From an uncultured bacterium (GTDB lineage Bacteria > Verrucomicrobiota > Verrucomicrobiia > Verrucomicrobiales > DEV007), in assembly GCA_963977015.1 (NCBI GenBank), contig CAXBMO010000007.1, positions 192,001-256,000 of the forward strand: a stretch of 64,000 bases of DNA. The letters run 5' to 3'. Both the position numbers and the translations under genes were made by a program. A model generated the notes under the pieces. That model had not been told where the DNA came from and searched no databases. It saw nothing but the letters and a program-made list of their open reading frames with translations. This document shows, in pieces, positions 17,227 to 27,221 of this stretch. Each line of letters opens with the position of its first letter. Position 1 is the first letter of the stretch.

Positions 17227-18659
17227 TGACACGCGCTACCTACAGGCTGCTGAAGCATTTTCCCGCTTCCTGGTTCGCCTGGCTTTGCCTGGCGGGCATT
17301 CTGATGCTGCCCAACTTCGCTCAGGCCGCCAGGATCGGCGACGTCACCCAAGTCGATGCGTGGGAGCAAGCCCGACTCTTCTTCAATTGGGGAAACAGCT
17401 ACGTCCGTTCCCAGTGGATCGGCTGCCTTCTCATTGGCGCCTGCTGTGGACTTTTGGGGAGTTTTATCGTCGTTCGCCGCATGGCACTCATGGGCGACAT
17501 GCTGAGTCATGCGGTTCTTCCGGGAATCGTCCTCGGGTTTCTCTGGAACCTCAAAAAGGATCCGATCCTGTTGCTGGTTGGGGCGATTATTGCGGGACTT
17601 GTTGCCGTTGGATTCGTGACCGCGCTCAAGCGAACCACCCGGCTAAAACAGGATGCCAGCCTAGGCATCGTTTTGGGCGGGTTTTACGCCATTGGGATCT
17701 GCCTGCTTTCCATGGTTCAACGCATGCAAACGGGAGACAAAAGCGGTCTTTCCAATATCCTCATCGGCTCCGCTGCTGCCATTTCCGATTCCGACCTTTG
17801 GCTGATTGGCATCGTCACTGCCATTTCCGCGATCCTGATCTTCATCTTTTTCAAAGAACTGGTCGTGAGCAGCTTCGATCCCGCATTCGCCAAATCAATC
17901 GGGGTTCCGGAACGCGGCCTCCATTACCTGTTGATGGCGCTGCTGAGTTTTGCCGTGGTGATCTCCATCCAGGCCGTGGGAGTCGTGCTCGTTTCGGCGC
18001 TTCTCATCATCCCGGCGGCGACGGCCACCCTTCTGACCCATCGCTTCTGGCTCGTCGTTGTCCTGGCCGTCGAATTTGGGATGATTTCCGCGGTTGGAGG
18101 CGCCTTCACCTCGTTCCTGCGCTCCTCGCTCCCGACCGGTCCCCTCATGATTCTCGTCGCGGCGACTGGGTTCGGCCTCGCCTTTCTTTGTGCTCCCGAA
18201 AGCGGGCTGATTCCCCGCTTTGTGCGCCGCCGTGCCCAGTCTGCCCGCATTCGCCGCGAAAACTCACTCAAGGCGATTTTCCATCAGCTCGAATCCGAGA
18301 ACTTCTCTGCGGAGCGTGTCGACATTGCCGATCTGGTGAACCGCCGCCAACGAGAGGAGGAGGACGTCCTCCGTGAAATCCAGCAACTCGCCAAGCACGG
18401 TTTTGTTGAGCTGACGGGAGAATCGCTTCGGTTGACCGACACGGGCTGGCGCAAGGCCCGGCAAGTCGTCCGCAATCACCGCCTTTGGGAACTCTACCTC
18501 ACCCATGCCGCCGACATTGCGCCGGATCACGTTCACGATGATGCCGAGAAGATCGAGCACGTTTTGGGCGAAGAAGTGGTGCGAACGCTCGAAGCGCGAT
18601 TTGGAGAGGAAGCCATCGATCCGCACGGGCGAGAAGTGCCCGTCGCCAGCCAATCATAA
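17226..18659 (+). CDS. Metal ABC permease fused to a C-terminal DtxR/MntR-family repressor (TroC-TroR, YtgCR-like)
   Basis: ABC-3 permease (GDMLSHAVLPG, SFDPAFA) followed by ENSLKAIF...LTDTGWRKARQVVRNHRLWELYL...HDDAEKIEHVL...DPHGREVP. Confidence 0.92.
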   Translation: MTRATYRLLKHFPASWFAWLCLAGILMLPNFAQAARIGDVTQVDAWEQARLFFNWGNSYVRSQWIGCLLIGACCGLLGSFIVVRRMALMGDMLSHAVLPGIVLGFLWNLKKDPILLLVGAIIAGLVAVGFVTALKRTTRLKQDASLGIVLGGFYAIGICLLSMVQRMQTGDKSGLSNILIGSAAAISDSDLWLIGIVTAISAILIFIFFKELVVSSFDPAFAKSIGVPERGLHYLLMALLSFAVVISIQAVGVVLVSALLIIPAATATLLTHRFWLVVVLAVEFGMISAVGGAFTSFLRSSLPTGPLMILVAATGFGLAFLCAPESGLIPRFVRRRAQSARIRRENSLKAIFHQLESENFSAERVDIADLVNRRQREEEDVLREIQQLAKHGFVELTGESLRLTDTGWRKARQVVRNHRLWELYLTHAADIAPDHVHDDAEKIEHVLGEEVVRTLEARFGEEAIDPHGREVPVASQS

Positions 18660-18661
18660 CC

Positions 18662-19585
18662 ATGAACGAGCTGTTTCCACCTTTTGACGCCTACGCGATT
18701 TTTGTCGAACCCTGGAGTTGGGGCGCCTGGAAGATCCGGCTCCTCGCGATGTTCGTCTTCATTTCCTGCGGCCTGGCCGGCAACTACCTCATTCTTCGCC
18801 GCATGGCGCTGGTAGGCGACGCCATGAGTCACAGCGTCCTCCCCGGGATCGTCATTGCATTCATCATTGCACGGGGCAACCACTTCTGGGTGGTGGTCGG
18901 TGCAATTCTCGCCGGTTTGGCAACGTCAGCCCTGATCGAGTGGCTGAACAAGAACTCCCGCGTCAAACAGGACGTCGCCATTGGCGTTACCTTCACGACG
19001 CTCTTTGCGCTCGGTGTCGTTCTCATCAACGTGTTTGCGGGGCGGGTTCACTTGGACGCGGATTGCGTGCTTTACGGAGATGTCGAGCAAGCGCCAGTCG
19101 CCAAGTTGATTCAGGCCGGGGTCATTGCGGTCGTCACCATTCTCCTCGTCCTCGCCTTCTTCAAGGAACTCCTCGTCACCTCTTTCGATCCGACCCTGGC
19201 CAGTTCCATGGGAATTCCGGCCAAATGGGTCCACTACGGGCTGATGGGGTGGCTTTCCGTTGTCGTGGTGAGCGCTTTTGAGGCGGTTGGAAGCATCATG
19301 GTCGTGGGGATGCTCATCCTCCCCGGAGCCACCGGACTCCTCCTCAGTGAGCGGCTTTCCCGCGTCATGATCGCGAGCGTCATTCATGCGGTTTTGAGCT
19401 CCTTTCTCGGTTACCATGTCGGCCTGTGGCTGGACTGCAAAATCGCAGCAGCCATGGTCAGCACAGGCTTCCTTCTCTTCATTCTTGCCTGGCTCTTCAG
19501 CCCAACCCAGGGGCTGGTTTCCCAATGGATTACCCGGTCCCAGCTTCGCAACCATGTTCGCGAAGCAGCGCTTGCCGAACCCTGA
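18662..19585 (+). CDS. Metal ABC transporter permease (TroD-like)
   Basis: GDAMSHSVLPG, VHLDADCVLYG, FFKELLVTSFDP, AFEAVGSIMVV. Confidence 0.92.
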   Translation: MNELFPPFDAYAIFVEPWSWGAWKIRLLAMFVFISCGLAGNYLILRRMALVGDAMSHSVLPGIVIAFIIARGNHFWVVVGAILAGLATSALIEWLNKNSRVKQDVAIGVTFTTLFALGVVLINVFAGRVHLDADCVLYGDVEQAPVAKLIQAGVIAVVTILLVLAFFKELLVTSFDPTLASSMGIPAKWVHYGLMGWLSVVVVSAFEAVGSIMVVGMLILPGATGLLLSERLSRVMIASVIHAVLSSFLGYHVGLWLDCKIAAAMVSTGFLLFILAWLFSPTQGLVSQWITRSQLRNHVREAALAEP

Positions 19586-19605
19586 ATTCACGGTTTTGTT
19601 AGAAC

Positions 19606-19968
19606 GTGTCCCAAATCATCTTTAATGAAATCAGCGCTGCGGAAATCTCCGCAATGCCAACGATGCAGCAGCTTGATCTTCTCGCCGAATTCAAAGTCTC
19701 TCCGGATGACCTCGAGAACCTCGACGAGCATCGTTTCGGCAAGCTGGAACGTGAGGGAAAGACGCTCTATCGCTATCGCGCCAACGAGATGCGGATCTAC
19801 TTTGAGCTCGAAGACCAAAGTGTCATCGTTCACCGCGTTCTCCACAAAAACACCTTCCAGGACTTTCTCTACCGCGCGAGCCTGCCCATCTCCGAAGACG
19901 AAGAGCTCTCCAAGGCCGGTGGTTTCTGGGAATTGATCGAAGAAGGCGAGCGCGCACGACGGGTTTGA
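19606..19968 (+). CDS. Small protein with a RelE/ParE-like fold signature, no adjacent antitoxin
   Basis: QIIFNEISAAEI...LYRYRANEMRIYFE...VIVHRVLHK resembles the RelE pattern YRxRxGxxRIxY...VxxV. Confidence 0.5.
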   Translation: MSQIIFNEISAAEISAMPTMQQLDLLAEFKVSPDDLENLDEHRFGKLEREGKTLYRYRANEMRIYFELEDQSVIVHRVLHKNTFQDFLYRASLPISEDEELSKAGGFWELIEEGERARRV

Positions 19969-19969
19969 G

Positions 19970-21139
19970 ATGAAGATCACTTCTCTCGATCAACTGTCCG
20001 ACGAACCCACGCGTCTTGCCGCGTTTCCCGTCGCCCAAAAGAAGATTTTTCTCGGCCACGCCGGCGTCACCGCCCTCCCGCGATGCGTCGCCAATGCAGT
20101 TATCGACTACACCAATGCCTCGTCCGAAAACGACCAGGAGTTTGGTGACGTTTTGCGGCGCGTCGGCGATACCCGCCGCGTTTGCGCCAACATGATCGGC
20201 GCCAAGCCGAACGAGATCGCTCTGCTCGGCCCGACCAGCCTCGGGCTCAGCCTCTTTGCCAACGGCCTGCCGTGGGAACCCGGCGATGAAATCATCTGCT
20301 ACCTCGATGATTATCCGGCAAACGTGTATCCGTGGAAGAATCTGGAACGCCTCGGAGTCCGGCTCGTTTACCTCAAGCCGGAGCACCCGGGCGAAATCAC
20401 GCCACAATTGGTCGAGCAGGCGCTCACTCACAAGACCAAACTCGTCGCCCTCGCCAGCTGCCACTTTTTGACCGGCTATCGCATCGATATCAACGCGATC
20501 GGCCAGCTCGCCCACGATCACGGCGCCCTCTTTTCGCTCGACGCCATTCAAACCATCGGCGCCTTCCCCACCACCGTCGAGCACGTCGACTTCCTGAGCG
20601 CCGATGCCCACAAATGGATGCTCGGCCCCCTCGCCACCGGCATCGTCATGGTGAAGGAAAAGCACTTCGACCTCCTGCGCCCCACCCTGCTTGGCGCCTG
20701 GAACATCCAGTCCCCCAACTTCATCACCCAGGACTCCATCGAATTTGAAGCCGGTGCCCGTCGATACGAACCCGGCGTCCTCAACTGCGCCGGAATCTTC
20801 GGGATGCAAGCAGCATTGCAAATGATGCAAGCCGTTGGGCTCGGGAACATCAGCAACCGGTTGTTGGAATTGAAGGCGACGATCGTCGCGCAGCTCAAGG
20901 AGCGCGGCTTCACCATTCACGGCAAGGAGACCGGCCCCAACGCCAGCTCCATCACCACCTTCACTCACCCGGCCAAAGATCTGGAAGCCCTCTTCAATCA
21001 CCTGACCGAGGCAGGAATCACCGCCAGCTTCCGGCACGACCGCTCGGGCCAGCCCTTCCTCCGCTTCAGTCCCCACTTCTACAACACCGAAGCCGAACTG
21101 GATCGTGTTTTCCAAGCCATCGACACCCTGCCCGAATAG
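19970..21139 (+). CDS. Class V PLP-dependent aminotransferase (cysteine desulfurase/lyase-like)
   Basis: IFLGHAG, DYPANVYPW, SLDAIQTIG, PLP-lysine SADAHKWMLGP, RYEPG, LRFSPHFYN. Confidence 0.88.
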   Translation: MKITSLDQLSDEPTRLAAFPVAQKKIFLGHAGVTALPRCVANAVIDYTNASSENDQEFGDVLRRVGDTRRVCANMIGAKPNEIALLGPTSLGLSLFANGLPWEPGDEIICYLDDYPANVYPWKNLERLGVRLVYLKPEHPGEITPQLVEQALTHKTKLVALASCHFLTGYRIDINAIGQLAHDHGALFSLDAIQTIGAFPTTVEHVDFLSADAHKWMLGPLATGIVMVKEKHFDLLRPTLLGAWNIQSPNFITQDSIEFEAGARRYEPGVLNCAGIFGMQAALQMMQAVGLGNISNRLLELKATIVAQLKERGFTIHGKETGPNASSITTFTHPAKDLEALFNHLTEAGITASFRHDRSGQPFLRFSPHFYNTEAELDRVFQAIDTLPE

Positions 21140-21147
21140 CCGCCCTA

Positions 21148-21603
21148 TCAGGCGATCTGCTTTGCCATCACGACATTGCAACGCGCATACACGGGATGCT
21201 CGCCCTCCGCGACCGGCTCAAAGCCCAGCGAGCGATACAACGCAATCGCCGCTTCCAGGCGCGTGTTGGAGAGCAGTTCCACCCGGCTCGCTCCCACCTC
21301 CCGCAGCTTCTCCAACGCGTGGAGAGCCAGTTTCCGGCCAATGCCCTGTCCCTGAAAATCGGGATCGACCGCCATCCTGGCCAACTCATACACGCCGCGC
21401 GTTTTGTTGAACAACGCGCAGCTTCCTACCACGCGCTCATCGACCGTCGCAGTAAAAATCCAACCACCTTCGCGCCAAATTCTCGCCGGATCCGCCGCCA
21501 GCGCCCGGTCGCTTTCCTCAATCGCAAAGAATTCCGCGATCCAGCGCTCATTCAGCGCAAGAAACGCCTCCAGATGATCCGGCTGATTTTCGTGGATCTT
21601 CAT
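21148..21603 (-). CDS. GNAT family N-acetyltransferase
   Basis: YELARMAVDPDFQGQGIGRKL and AAIALYRSLGF. Confidence 0.9.
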   Translation of the reverse strand: MKIHENQPDHLEAFLALNERWIAEFFAIEESDRALAADPARIWREGGWIFTATVDERVVGSCALFNKTRGVYELARMAVDPDFQGQGIGRKLALHALEKLREVGASRVELLSNTRLEAAIALYRSLGFEPVAEGEHPVYARCNVVMAKQIA

Positions 21604-22118
21604 TCATCAGCCTCCGCTTCCACCAAAATGACGCGCCCCCGTGACGTAAAGGAAATGCCCTGCTGCCCCTGGGTGCCGATCATAATCGACTCCGCGATCG
21701 GCGGATTTGCCAACTCCTCCGATCGCCATTCCACAATGAAGTTCGCGCCCGAACCTCCCTCCTTATGGGTCTCCGGCACCACATAGCGAATCGACTCCAT
21801 CGGCGCCAGGGTGATTGGCTCATCGACATACTTCTTCAGCAACTTGCCCTGTGTCTCGTAATAATCCGCCACGACAATCGAAATTGAGCGCTTGGGATCC
21901 ACGTTTCGAATACTCAACGTCACCGTCAGGAAAAACGGGCTCTCCCGGTCCCCGCGATAGATGTGGGAATACGCCGGCACATAAAGGTGCTGCCCTTTGG
22001 ACAACTTTACATTCTCATCACCTGCTTCAACAGTCCCCAATATCGAGAGGCTGATCACCAAACCAAGAACCAACTGCGCTATCGCGGACTTCGGAGTTAG
22101 GAACAATCGCCGGTTCAT
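21600..22118 (-). CDS. DUF3124-family exported protein
   Basis: LYVPAYSHIY, LTVTLSIRNVD, YYETQGKL, GGSGANFIVEW, PIAESIMI, GISFTSRG. Likely start MNRRLF at 22118. Confidence 0.8.
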   Translation of the reverse strand: MNRRLFLTPKSAIAQLVLGLVISLSILGTVEAGDENVKLSKGQHLYVPAYSHIYRGDRESPFFLTVTLSIRNVDPKRSISIVVADYYETQGKLLKKYVDEPITLAPMESIRYVVPETHKEGGSGANFIVEWRSEELANPPIAESIMIGTQGQQGISFTSRGRVILVEAEADE

Positions 22119-22367
22119 GATGTTGGCGAAGATCGCTCCGTGACTCATCCTGTCAATTTCCGAACTGAGGATCGTCCAATCCGAGCGACTTTCACCTCTT
22201 ACCGCATTCCTCGTCGGTTCTGCCTGAAGTCCCTGATCACCGGTTCCAATCAATGCGCTGAAGCTCTACGATTTGGCCGAATTCGCTTGGTGAATCGAGC
22301 AATTCTTCGCAGTTTGTGTCTGTAGACCTGGATTTGGTCCGTGTATTCTATGTTTTGGATTCCAATC

Positions 22368-24785
22368 ATGCGCTTTCGACTCTTTACCGCTCTTTTGATC
22401 GGCCTCGGCTCTGCTTCGGCCTTGGCGCAATCTTTTGATGAGCCCTTGATCCCGTTTCTGGAGACCCACTGTTACGATTGCCACGACGACAGTCTGAAGA
22501 AGGGCGGTCTGGACCTGTTTGAGCTGGGTGTGGATTTGAGCGACGAAGCCGTTCAAGCGAAGTGGGTTCGCATTTATGATCGTGTGATGCGCGGCGAGAT
22601 GCCGCCGGAGGATAAGAAGCAACCTACAGAGGAAGAACGTCGCGCCTTCAGCCGGCATTTGGCGATGCCCATCGCGAAGGCTCACGAGGAATCCAAGGGC
22701 ACGGTTTTGCGGCGCCTGAACCGTGAAGAGTATGAAAATACGATGAACGACCTGTTCGGCACGAAGCTGGAATTGGCGAAGATTTTGCCCGAAGACGCCC
22801 GCTCCCACGAGTTCTCGAATGTGGGTGAGTCGCTCAGCATCTCCATGGTGCAGATGGAGCGTTATCTTCAGGCCGTCGACCTGGTGTGGGAGGATTTTAT
22901 CGTCGACGACATCAAAGGCCTGGAATCCAACGTGATCCGGGTCAGCTATGCGGAAACCCGGGAGGCCGAGAAGTTCATCGGCACGAGCTGGCATCAGGCA
23001 AAAGATGGGGCGGTGGTCTTTTTTCGGCGAGTGGGATACCCGACCGGAATGCTTCGTGGGTCGGGAGTTCGCGAACCCGGTCGCTACAAGATCCGCGTCA
23101 CCGGGTATGCCTATCAATCGGAGAACCCCATCACCTTCTTCCTCGGCGGAACGACGTTTGCCCGAGGCGTTGAGAAGCCGACTTACGGCTACTATCAATT
23201 GAAGCCGGGCAAGCCGCAGACGATCGAAATTGAGACCACGATTCCTCACAATTACATGGTTCAGATTGAGCCGGAAGGGATTTCGGTTTCCACTCCCGAA
23301 CTGAAGAAGATCGGCATCGAAAACTACAAGGGGCCGGGCCTCGCCATCAACCATGTCGAGATTGAAGGCCCGCTGGTGGAGGAGTTTCCGAAACGCGGAT
23401 ACCGTCTCATTTTCGACGGCATTGATCGCCATGAAGTGATGCCGAACAATCCCAAGGATCGGGAACGAAGCTATTATCGGCCGAAGTTTGACGTTACCTC
23501 GGAAGATCCAAGCCGCGACGCTGCGCAGTCGTTCAAACGCCTCGCGACCGCGGCCTTTCGACGCCCGGTCCAGAACGCTGAACTAACGCCTTACCTTGAC
23601 CTCTTCAATGCTGAAATGGAAAGTGGTTCCACTTTCGAAGAATCACTTCGGACGGGTGTAAAAGCCATTCTCTGTTCGCCCAATTTTCTCTTTCTGCGCG
23701 AGAAACCCGGCAAACTGGATGATTACGCGCTGGCGTCCCGGCTCTCCTACTTTCTCAATCGCACGAGCCCGGATGCGGAGTTGTTGGCCGACGCCGATGC
23801 CCGCCTGTTGGCCGGCGATCCCAAACGGTTGCTGAAGCATGCCGACCGATTGCTGGCGAAGCCTCATTCCGAGCGTTTCGTCATCGACTTTACCGATGCG
23901 TGGCTGGATTTGCGAAACATCGAGTTTACCGCGCCCGATCGAACTCTGTTTCCTGAGTTCGATCCGTTTCTGCAGTTTTCGATGCTGGCCGAATCCCGCG
24001 CGTTTTTCGAAGAATTGTTGGAGCAGAACCTGAGCGTTTCCAATCTCGTCAAATCCGACTTTGCCATGTTGAACAACCGGTTGGGTAGGCACTACGGAAT
24101 TGAGGGAGTGAAGAGCCCATCGATTCAACGCGTGAGCTTGCCCGCCGACAGTCCTCGTGGCGGCTTTCTCAGTCAGGGAAGCGTGCTGAAGGTTTCCGCC
24201 AATGGGACCAACACATCGCCTGTTGTTCGTGGAGTTTGGGTGATGGAACGCATTCTGGGGAAGACGCCACCTCCTCCGCCACCGGGAATCCCGGGAGTGG
24301 AACCCGATATTCGGGGAGCCGAGACCTTGCGGGATTTGCTCGACAAGCACCGAAATTCGGAAACCTGCCGGAGTTGTCACCAGATGATCGATCCGCCGGG
24401 TTTCGCGCTGGAAAGCTTCAATCCGATCGGTGGTTGGCGCGAGCAGTTTCGCAGCCTCAACAACAAGGACAAACGTCCTGAGATCATCGTCAACGGACAG
24501 AATGTTCGTTACCGCATCGGACCCGAAGTCGACTCAAGTGGTCAGCTTGCCGATGGAAGTGAGTTTGCCGGTTTCAATGAGTTCCGGACCTTGCTGGCTC
24601 AAGATCAATCCACCCTGGCCCGCGCCCTCGTAACCAAGTTCCTTATCTTTGCCACGGGCCGCGAAATGGGATTTTCGGACCGTCCTGAAATCAACCGGAT
24701 CGTGAAGACCGCCGCCAAGCAGGGATACGGGGTCCGTGATCTCTTGCATCTCGCGATTTCCAGCGACATTTTTCAAAACAAATAG
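22368..24785 (+). CDS. PVC-type cytochrome-c/DUF1587-1595-1592-1588-1585 domain protein
   Basis: Signal peptide, CYDCH, GEMPP, LRRLNREEYENT, AFRRP, LASRLSYFL, RGGFLSQG, TSPVVRGVW, CRSCH..IDPPGFALE, FATGR. Confidence 0.9.
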   Translation: MRFRLFTALLIGLGSASALAQSFDEPLIPFLETHCYDCHDDSLKKGGLDLFELGVDLSDEAVQAKWVRIYDRVMRGEMPPEDKKQPTEEERRAFSRHLAMPIAKAHEESKGTVLRRLNREEYENTMNDLFGTKLELAKILPEDARSHEFSNVGESLSISMVQMERYLQAVDLVWEDFIVDDIKGLESNVIRVSYAETREAEKFIGTSWHQAKDGAVVFFRRVGYPTGMLRGSGVREPGRYKIRVTGYAYQSENPITFFLGGTTFARGVEKPTYGYYQLKPGKPQTIEIETTIPHNYMVQIEPEGISVSTPELKKIGIENYKGPGLAINHVEIEGPLVEEFPKRGYRLIFDGIDRHEVMPNNPKDRERSYYRPKFDVTSEDPSRDAAQSFKRLATAAFRRPVQNAELTPYLDLFNAEMESGSTFEESLRTGVKAILCSPNFLFLREKPGKLDDYALASRLSYFLNRTSPDAELLADADARLLAGDPKRLLKHADRLLAKPHSERFVIDFTDAWLDLRNIEFTAPDRTLFPEFDPFLQFSMLAESRAFFEELLEQNLSVSNLVKSDFAMLNNRLGRHYGIEGVKSPSIQRVSLPADSPRGGFLSQGSVLKVSANGTNTSPVVRGVWVMERILGKTPPPPPPGIPGVEPDIRGAETLRDLLDKHRNSETCRSCHQMIDPPGFALESFNPIGGWREQFRSLNNKDKRPEIIVNGQNVRYRIGPEVDSSGQLADGSEFAGFNEFRTLLAQDQSTLARALVTKFLIFATGREMGFSDRPEINRIVKTAAKQGYGVRDLLHLAISSDIFQNK

Positions 24786-24812
24786 CCCCTTCCACTCCGT
24801 CCACCTTTCGCC

Positions 24813-26111
24813 ATGAACAGCCCTCACCTCGCTACCGGTTCCCACCTGAGCCGACGCCACTTTCTCCGCGGAACCGGCGCAGCCGCCTTGAGCCTTCCGA
24901 TTCTGGACGCCATGACTCCGGCGTTTGCCGCAACGGCCCCGGCAAAGTCGCCACCCCGATTTGTCGCGATGTGCGCCGGCCTCGGATTCCATACGCCTTA
25001 CCTGTTTCCTGAGAAACCCGGCAAAGACTATCAGGACACCCCCTACCTGAGCCGCTTGAAGGCGCATCGCAATCAGATGACGATCTTGTCGGGATTTTCA
25101 CATCCCGAACAACAGGGAAACAATGGACACGCATCCAGCCTGACGTGGTTGACCTCGGCAAAACGACCGGGGTTGGCAGGCTTCAAGAACAGCATCTCCC
25201 TTGATCAGCTGATTGCCAGCCAGATCGGGATTGAAACGCGATATCCCTACCTCACGCTTTCTTCTGGGGGCAGTTCGCTTTCCTGGACCTCCAACGGGGT
25301 CGAGATTCCAGCCCAGAATTCTCCCGCCAATATTTTCAAGGCGCTTTTTATCGATGGGACGGAAGCAGAGATTGCCGCTGAGATGCGAAGCTTCCAACGG
25401 GGACGAAGCATTATGGATACCGTATTGGGAGAAGCGAAGAAGCTGCACAATGAGCTGGGGCATCGCGACCAGGAGAAGCTTGACGAGTATCTGACTTCGG
25501 TTCGTGAGCTCGAACAACGCCTCCAGCAATCCGAGAACTGGTCCCAACAGCCCAAGCCCAAAATTGACGCCGAACCGCCTACCGACATTAGTGATCGGAA
25601 TGACATCATTGGGAAGCAACGGCTTCTGAATGACATGATCGTTCTGGCGCTGCAAACGGATTCGACAAGAACCGTGACGTTCCAATTGGGCAGTCTCAAC
25701 TCACCGCCCAGCAATATCGAGGGAGTGAACACCGATTGGCACAACCTCTCACACCACGGCAAGGACGAAGCCAAGATCGAAGAATTGAAACTGATTGAGG
25801 AAGCGGAGTTTGATGTCTTCAACGAGTTCCTCACCAAGCTCTCCAGCATCAACGAGAACGGCCAGACGCTCCTGGACCGCACATCGGTTCTGTATGGTTC
25901 GAATCTGGGGAATGCGAGCAGCCACAACTGGCGCAACCTTCCCTTGATCCTCGCCGGTGGCGGATTCAACCACGGTTCCTACATCGCGCATGATCCTGAC
26001 AACAATACGCCATTCGCCAACCTCCTGGTTCCGTTGGCGCAGCGCATGGGAGTCGAGATCGACCAGTTCGGGAGCAGCACCTCAGCGGGAATCGCGGAGT
26101 TGAGCGTGTGA
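24813..26111 (+). CDS. DUF1552 (HXXSHH) protein, Tat-exported
   Basis: Tat motif SRRHFLRG, LPILDAM, ISLDQ, SIMD, WHNLSHH, TLLD. Usual partner of DUF1592 proteins. Confidence 0.9.
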   Translation: MNSPHLATGSHLSRRHFLRGTGAAALSLPILDAMTPAFAATAPAKSPPRFVAMCAGLGFHTPYLFPEKPGKDYQDTPYLSRLKAHRNQMTILSGFSHPEQQGNNGHASSLTWLTSAKRPGLAGFKNSISLDQLIASQIGIETRYPYLTLSSGGSSLSWTSNGVEIPAQNSPANIFKALFIDGTEAEIAAEMRSFQRGRSIMDTVLGEAKKLHNELGHRDQEKLDEYLTSVRELEQRLQQSENWSQQPKPKIDAEPPTDISDRNDIIGKQRLLNDMIVLALQTDSTRTVTFQLGSLNSPPSNIEGVNTDWHNLSHHGKDEAKIEELKLIEEAEFDVFNEFLTKLSSINENGQTLLDRTSVLYGSNLGNASSHNWRNLPLILAGGGFNHGSYIAHDPDNNTPFANLLVPLAQRMGVEIDQFGSSTSAGIAELSV

Positions 26112-27214
26112 TCTACGACGTCATTGTTCTGGGAACGGGGGGAGTCGGCAGTGCCGCGCTTCACCATCTGGCACAGCGCGGAGTCCGGGTTCTCGGCCTT
26201 GATCAGTTTCCCGGCGGTCACAGCTTGGGGAGTTCGCACGGGGCGACGCGCATCATCCGCAAGGCCTACTTCGAACATCCCAATTACGTTCCCCTGCTGA
26301 ACCGTGCTTATGACCTGTGGAAAGCGCTCGAAGCGGAAACCCGGAAGCCGCTCTATGCCGAAACGGGCCTGGTTGAAGTTGGTCCACCCGATGGGGCGAT
26401 CGTTCCCGGCGTTCTCAAAGCCGCTGCGGAACACGGACTACCGGTCGAAACCATTGCCGAACGGGATTTCCGCGATCGTTTTCCCGCTCTGCGACTTCCC
26501 GAAGGGGCTGTTGCGTTGTTTGAACAGGAAGCGGGTTTCCTTCGGGTTGAAGACTGCGTTCTCGCGCATCTCCAGTCTGCGAGCGAACACGGTGCCAGTT
26601 GGAAACAGGAGAGCGTGATCGGCTGGGAAGCGGACGGTTCTGGAGTTGTGGTCGAGACATCTGAACAACGCTATCAGGCCCAGTCGCTTGCCATCGCCGC
26701 GGGCGCGTGGTCGGGCCCCATGCTTCGGGACATTGGGCATCCCCTGCGCATTTTGCTGCAACATCTACTTTGGTATGAAAGCGGCGAAGCTACGACGTTG
26801 GAATCCGGATTTCCCTGCTTTTTCTACGAAACCGGCGAGGGCTACTTCTATGGTTTTCCGAAACTCGACGCGCAGGGCTTGAAGGTGGCCGAGCATGGAG
26901 GAGGCGTCGAGATTCCAGTCCCCCAAAAGGCGGCAGAGGTTAATCCAAAGGTGGAGGGACGAATTGAAACGTTTCTTCGCGAAAACATCCCCAGTGTGTC
27001 CAACACAAGGACGCGCCATGAGTCGTGTTACTACACGATGTCCCGGGACGAACACTTCATCGTGGACCGTCACCCGATTCATGAGCAGGTCAGCTTTATC
27101 GCCGGGCTCTCCGGCCACGGATTCAAGTTCGCATCAGTTCTGGGTGAGGCATTGGCCGATTTGGCGACCGGGAAAAACCTTTCGAGCGAGTTTGATTTCC
27201 TGAGGCTTCGATAG
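26108..27214 (+). CDS. solA: N-methyl-L-tryptophan/sarcosine oxidase family flavoprotein
   Basis: GTGGVGS, GSSHGATRIIRKAYFE, CYYTMSRDEHFIVD (covalent-FAD Cys), GLSGHGFKFAS. Confidence 0.85.
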   Translation: MIYDVIVLGTGGVGSAALHHLAQRGVRVLGLDQFPGGHSLGSSHGATRIIRKAYFEHPNYVPLLNRAYDLWKALEAETRKPLYAETGLVEVGPPDGAIVPGVLKAAAEHGLPVETIAERDFRDRFPALRLPEGAVALFEQEAGFLRVEDCVLAHLQSASEHGASWKQESVIGWEADGSGVVVETSEQRYQAQSLAIAAGAWSGPMLRDIGHPLRILLQHLLWYESGEATTLESGFPCFFYETGEGYFYGFPKLDAQGLKVAEHGGGVEIPVPQKAAEVNPKVEGRIETFLRENIPSVSNTRTRHESCYYTMSRDEHFIVDRHPIHEQVSFIAGLSGHGFKFASVLGEALADLATGKNLSSEFDFLRLR

Positions 27215-27221
27215 ATTGGAT

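Noticed and set aside
19823-21181. Long antisense or alternative-frame ORFs (e.g. 19823..21181-, 9233..10192+, 22266..23432-, 17285..18376+, 32814..33698-)
   Set aside because: Each overlaps a well-supported gene and has no motifs; this is expected from codon bias in GC-rich genes.
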